A stretch of DNA of 64,000 nucleotides. It comes from SAR324 cluster bacterium. Its GTDB lineage: Bacteria; SAR324; NAC60-12. Where the stretch lies: the NCBI GenBank assembly GCA_015232315.1, contig JADFZZ010000006.1:94600-158599 (forward strand). Direction: 5' to 3'. Shown in pieces: positions 61,001 to 64,000 of the stretch. Below the pieces are notes generated by a model. The model was not told the DNA's origin and ran no database searches. It saw only the letters and a list, made by a program, of their open reading frames with translations. Numbering within the stretch: the first letter of the stretch is position 1; each line of letters starts with the position of its first letter. The translations under genes were made by a program, and so were the position numbers.

Positions 61001-61286
61001 TAAAAGTTCGACGGAATTGGCTGAAACTCTGACTGAAACTCTGGGGCATAGTATGGCAACATGCTATTCCTCATTAGTGCGGGATTATTCTCATTATGGC
61101 TTTGCTGAACTTGCTCAAAAATACTCAGAAGCTTTATCATCAGTTCAGGGAGGTCAATTGGGAATGATATCACAAGGTATGTTGATGCCTGAAATGGAAA
61201 ATGAAATTTTGCGTCTGGAATCGGAGGAAATAAGTGATATTATTGAATCAAACACAGGGTTTCATATCATTAAAAGACTTCGATAA
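58008..61286 (+). CDS. Large secreted paralogue: degenerate cyclophilin-like domain, parvulin-like domain, about six ~100-aa helical repeats, C-terminal parvulin domain
   Basis: ATGA overlap with the upstream gene. Cyclophilin-like region with QAGS in place of QGGD (FDRVIPGLFAQAGSSWNLGYV). Internal repeats carrying G-x4-RY-x2-LL and DFD-x2-L-x2-L motifs (e.g. ALGQNSADRYKKLIYKHV, RIGKDATNRYKTLLLKKA, MIGVEATERYIDLLAQQA). C-terminal parvulin GGQLGMISQGMLMPEMENEIL...TGFHIIKRL. Confidence 0.6.
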   Translation: MKSLYRRIAILLVLLCWGTSGLGSPAEKGLYAEINTPQGTIWIELFFETAPVWVANFVGLINETPSWKLHFPKSAGKYSESIQFDRVIPGLFAQAGSSWNLGYVISPGTQEPLYQESAGMLSMINRGSYVDPGQFIITHQVIPRYDGIHPFFGKVIEGLDIIIKMRQGMPVTGIRIVPVGDRAGSFDPEQYGQHIFYQTALIQSGIDSAYFEKPVDPAKIPSPNQQVVDNVSLELLVVGYQSDANSPPLNLSRDQAQHLATQLTDAGRRKEVDFQELILRHSTLPQHNIIPSLQYSDSLPSFLYDAFSLRLGQVSAPVDSPLGFVIYKRVSPVNFEINQILITHRQSDPVQSRSRMEALELAGQILEEIQSTQYYKINNDVFSILQSVEIPREYLARLKSLNGRNFRKKHKFLCAVRQAMYPISTKEYSIIKSFLTSFPQVKVSAEKLKELSEMDISSQTLEALIINNDRVYLDQNQFFCGLAETLETLENEHFSMQILGYSDFGVKFKITPSTLEKIKNNSGFYQLLVNLETMRGQQFLSENTLLDAIEKQVGNEIKNRFSIIVLQHVERKFELTEDSIEQIQESHDFAGFLQKLRFLDKKDFQNKYDFDASLRTALGQNSADRYKKLIYKHVKKVFSMSSTIMSALDESLFPGDVAVALSALQAHKYSTKNELWATIQKILGTNPLWMYQSFFETYIEHKIFLRSTDLSRMQKGLSSKQITEKLSGVLNQFYKGRYAFIGAIERRIGKDATNRYKTLLLKKAQTKNGYKLTSTMLQEILNNQDFDTIIGKLQPIMDMEFDGDIAFEQTISQYLDAESLQNYRPLLKEYTESYFKLSDGLFSDIKKIPDKEQFFKKLAAIINQEYTSKTALVSTVQASLGPYLFLWYKNVFDESVQTIYRINSDVIEQIAKDGDFDRILQGVKKVEGIPFATLALFKDALVNMIGVEATERYIDLLAQQASIPVPLILSSTSMRSIQKEGDTDVLLNKLKLLMDQTFKSSTELAETLTETLGHSMATCYSSLVRDYSHYGFAELAQKYSEALSSVQGGQLGMISQGMLMPEMENEILRLESEEISDIIESNTGFHIIKRLR

Positions 61287-61303
61287 TTAAGCATAAAGGC
61301 CTT

Positions 61304-62038
61304 ATGACACGAACTCCAGATACCGCCGCAATTGTAGTGATAGGGAACGAAATACTTTCCGGGAAGGTAAAAGACAGCAATTCCTATTATCTATGTCAGG
61401 AATTACGATTTCTGGGTGTGGATGTGCATAGAATCCTGACAGTACCGGATGAGATTGATTTAGTAGGGAAACTTGTCAAGGAGTATGCACAACAATTCAC
61501 GTGGGTGTTTACCAGTGGTGGAATTGGCCCAACTCATGATGACATCACCATTGAGTCGATTGCGAAAGCGTTTGGGGTGGCAACAGAAGAGTCGCCACGT
61601 TTGGCTCAACTGATCAGAGATTATTACAAAGATCAATGCACCCCGGCTCATTTGCGGATGGCAAAGATCCCTAAAGGGGCACAGTTGCTGGAATATGAAA
61701 CGCTTTCTGCTCCTCAACTCCAGTTTCATAATATAATTATTTTTCCAGGTATTCCTGAGTTATTGCGAGAGCGTTTCAATGGGATCAAGGAAATGTTTCG
61801 TCAAGATCCAATTTTTTTACGTGAAATCTTCATGAAAATTGATGAAAGCCTGATTTCAGAATTATTGGATAAAACCATGATGAATTATCCTGCATTGTTG
61901 TTAGGGTCTTATCCCACGTTATGGCGTAAGGATTACACCTTGAAATTGACTCTTGAATCAAGGGAAAAATCATATTTACAGGAAGCTTTTGATTATCTCA
62001 TGGACCATCTTCCTAAAGATAAAATGGTTCAATTTTAG
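61304..62038 (+). CDS. CinA-N-terminal-like / molybdopterin-binding (MoCF_biosynth) domain protein
   Basis: AAIVVIGNEILSGKVKDSNSYYLCQELRFLGVDV...FTSGGIGPTHDDIT matches the MogA/MoaB/CinA-N fold signature (GGxGxxxxD). Confidence 0.55.
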   Translation: MTRTPDTAAIVVIGNEILSGKVKDSNSYYLCQELRFLGVDVHRILTVPDEIDLVGKLVKEYAQQFTWVFTSGGIGPTHDDITIESIAKAFGVATEESPRLAQLIRDYYKDQCTPAHLRMAKIPKGAQLLEYETLSAPQLQFHNIIIFPGIPELLRERFNGIKEMFRQDPIFLREIFMKIDESLISELLDKTMMNYPALLLGSYPTLWRKDYTLKLTLESREKSYLQEAFDYLMDHLPKDKMVQF

Positions 62039-62063
62039 AATAACCTTTACTGGCGGGTAAGCT

Positions 62064-63707
62064 ATGACTCCCAAACAATTGGCTGAACATTTTCGTCGTC
62101 GTCTGCCTCTGATTCATGTTGTCCTGGATGGATGGGGAATTGGGGAACAGAATGAAACCAACGCAATGTATCATGCAAAAATCCCTGTAATGAATAATCT
62201 GATGAAACAGTTTCCCAACACACAATTATTTGCACATGGCAAGTATGTAGGTTTGCCAAGCGAAACAGATCTTGGTGGGTCAGAAGTCGGACATCTGACT
62301 ATGGGGGCTGGAATGGTTTTGGAACAAGGTCCCTCTTTGATTCAGAATATGATTGAATCAGGTGAATTCAACAATAGTCCAGTTCTGAATAAAATGATCC
62401 AGAACTGCTTATCTCACCAGACACCGCTACATCTCCTGGGATTGTTATCGGATGGCAATATTCATAGCCACATAAGTCATTTTATCGCCATTATCAAACA
62501 TGCCTTCAATAGTGGTGTCAAACAACTTTATGTCCATGCTCTGCTGGATGGCCGAGATGTCGCTATTCAGTCAGCTACGGATTATACGCAGGTTCTGGAG
62601 CAATTGTTTCATGAACTTAAATCCCAGAGACCTGAAGTGGATTATGCGTTTGCCAGTGGGGGCGGCAGGGAAGCCGTCACAATGGATAGAGATGAAAACT
62701 GGAAAAGCGTTGAAGCTGGTTGGAATCTGCATATTCGAGGGAAGAGTGACCATTATTTTGAGTCAATGGATCAGGCGATTTCTTTTTTTAGAGAGCAGGA
62801 CCCTAACATAATAGATCAGGCCTTGCCCGGTTTTGTGATCACTCGGAATGGAAAACCAATAGGTCCGATTCAAGATAATCATTCATTAATTTTTGTGAAT
62901 TTTCGGGCGGATCGGGCGATTGAGTTTACAAGAGCTGTTGTTGATGATGATTTTAAGCATTTTGATCGTTCACCTCGTCCCAAAATAGAATTTGCTGGCA
63001 TGATGATTTATGACCAGGACACTCAAACTCCAGAAAATTTTATTGTTGGATCTGTGTCAGTTGAATCTCCATTTGGAAAAAGAATCCTTGAACACAATAA
63101 AATGCAGTTCAGATTGACTGAAACTCAAAAATTTCCTCATGTTACTTTTTTCTTTAATGGTGGCTATCGTGAACCGTTAGACAGAAAAAAAGAGACATAC
63201 CACTTGATTGAATCTGATAAAATTCCTTCGTTTGATCTAAAACCTCAAATGAAGGCCATGGAAATTGCGGATCAGGCTGTAAAGTATATACTGTCAGATC
63301 AATATGACTATGGATTGATTAATTTTGCCAATGCCGACATGGTCGGGCATTCAGGTAATTTGGAAGCCGCTATCAAGGCGGTTGAATTAGTTGATATTCA
63401 ACTGTCAAAAATTATAAAAGCCATTGAACAAAAAAATGGTTTGCTTGTCGTTACCGCAGATCATGGAAATGCGGATCAGATGAAATCATTCAATAAAAAG
63501 AAACAGTGCTGGGAACCAAACACCAAACATTCACTCAATCCAGTACCATTCATTATTTATGATCCGCTGTATGATAGCAGTTATAAACTGAAACCCCTAA
63601 ACCATGAAACCCAATTGAATTTGAGTAATATAGCCGCAACAAATTTTATTCTTATGGGAGAAGAACATCCATCGGATATCAATGAGTCTTTATTTGATTT
63701 CAGTTGA
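62064..63707 (+). CDS. gpmI: 2,3-bisphosphoglycerate-independent phosphoglycerate mutase
   Basis: VLDGWGIG, HLLGLLSDGNIHSH, ALLDGRDV and ADHGNAD motifs of iPGM. 547 aa. Confidence 0.9.
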   Translation: MTPKQLAEHFRRRLPLIHVVLDGWGIGEQNETNAMYHAKIPVMNNLMKQFPNTQLFAHGKYVGLPSETDLGGSEVGHLTMGAGMVLEQGPSLIQNMIESGEFNNSPVLNKMIQNCLSHQTPLHLLGLLSDGNIHSHISHFIAIIKHAFNSGVKQLYVHALLDGRDVAIQSATDYTQVLEQLFHELKSQRPEVDYAFASGGGREAVTMDRDENWKSVEAGWNLHIRGKSDHYFESMDQAISFFREQDPNIIDQALPGFVITRNGKPIGPIQDNHSLIFVNFRADRAIEFTRAVVDDDFKHFDRSPRPKIEFAGMMIYDQDTQTPENFIVGSVSVESPFGKRILEHNKMQFRLTETQKFPHVTFFFNGGYREPLDRKKETYHLIESDKIPSFDLKPQMKAMEIADQAVKYILSDQYDYGLINFANADMVGHSGNLEAAIKAVELVDIQLSKIIKAIEQKNGLLVVTADHGNADQMKSFNKKKQCWEPNTKHSLNPVPFIIYDPLYDSSYKLKPLNHETQLNLSNIAATNFILMGEEHPSDINESLFDFS

Positions 63708-63736
63708 TTTTGATAAACCTGATTGAAAGTTGATTT

Positions 63737-64000
63737 ATGAAAAATATTGTATGCATTGGTGCCGGGTACGTTGGTGGTCCCACCATGGCTGTGATTGCGG
63801 AACATTGTTCAGCATATAAAATCACAGTAGTAGACATCAATCAGAATCGAATTGATCGTTGGAATTCGCCTAATCTTCCAATTTATGAACCTGGTTTGCA
63901 GGAAGTTGTAGAAAAACAACGTGGTAAAAATCTGTTTTTCAGTACGGATGTTGCCGGGGCATTGACCGAGGCGGATATTGTATTTGTTGCCACGAATACT
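63737..64000 (+). CDS. UDP-glucose/GDP-mannose dehydrogenase family protein (probable UDP-glucose 6-dehydrogenase), 5' part only; continues beyond the window
   Basis: N-terminal NAD-binding Rossmann motif [21 protein letters not shown]...[18 protein letters not shown]. Truncated by the window end. Confidence 0.7.
   Translation, partial: MKNIVCIGAGYVGGPTMAVIAEHCSAYKITVVDINQNRIDRWNSPNLPIYEPGLQEVVEKQRGKNLFFSTDVAGALTEADIVFVATNT

Noticed and set aside
1-64000. CRISPR arrays, tRNA/rRNA genes, transposases/integrases
   Set aside because: I scanned intergenic regions for tRNA T-loop consensus (GTTCGAATC-like), regularly spaced direct repeats and transposase/integrase-like ORFs and found none. Every ORF over 100 aa has a plausible non-mobile assignment or is antisense noise. 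Absence is by eye only; tRNAscan/Infernal would confirm.

Overview
This window is a densely coded (~90%), AT-rich (about 40% GC by eye) chromosomal segment from a diderm (Gram-negative-type) bacterium. No taxon can be assigned from the sequence alone. I can support about 50 protein-coding genes and found no rRNA, tRNA, CRISPR array or clear mobile element. Housekeeping genes are recognisable by hallmark motifs: thrC, dxs, lipA, aroA, gpmI, smpB, dprA, glgA, ccmC/ccmD/ccmE, UDP-xylose synthase, a partial UDP-glucose dehydrogenase and an LpxL-like acyltransferase. Signalling genes include a HAMP class-III nucleotidyl cyclase, an NtrY-like histidine kinase, an MCP, a PilZ protein and a REC/RsbW-like plus STAS partner-switching pair. 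There is a ZapB-like gene. There is a split set of T4P/T2S-like assembly genes (prepilin peptidase, GspL/PilMN-like, PilO-like, PilP-like) interrupted by a sulfatase-superfamily transferase. There is a glycogen cluster with glgA flanked by two GH57 genes. Candidates for undescribed biology are: (1) a translationally coupled operon of an orphan family-5 solute-binding protein, a periplasmic-sensor HAMP nucleotidyl cyclase and a ~1100-aa outer-membrane protein that combines an HExxH metallopeptidase-like domain, a TolB-like beta-propeller and a C-terminal beta-barrel, with a second ~930-aa barrel protein carrying a degenerate M1-peptidase-like domain nearby; (2) a tandem pair of secreted cyclophilin-parvulin fusion proteins, the second expanded to 1092 aa by about six internal ~100-aa helical repeats and with a degenerate cyclophilin active site; (3) an 807-aa all-helical orphan protein next to a small predicted OM barrel; (4) a C-terminal J-domain membrane protein with TPR/beta-propeller modules beside PilZ. 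All functional calls come from motif recognition by eye on the translated ORFs. No database search was run.
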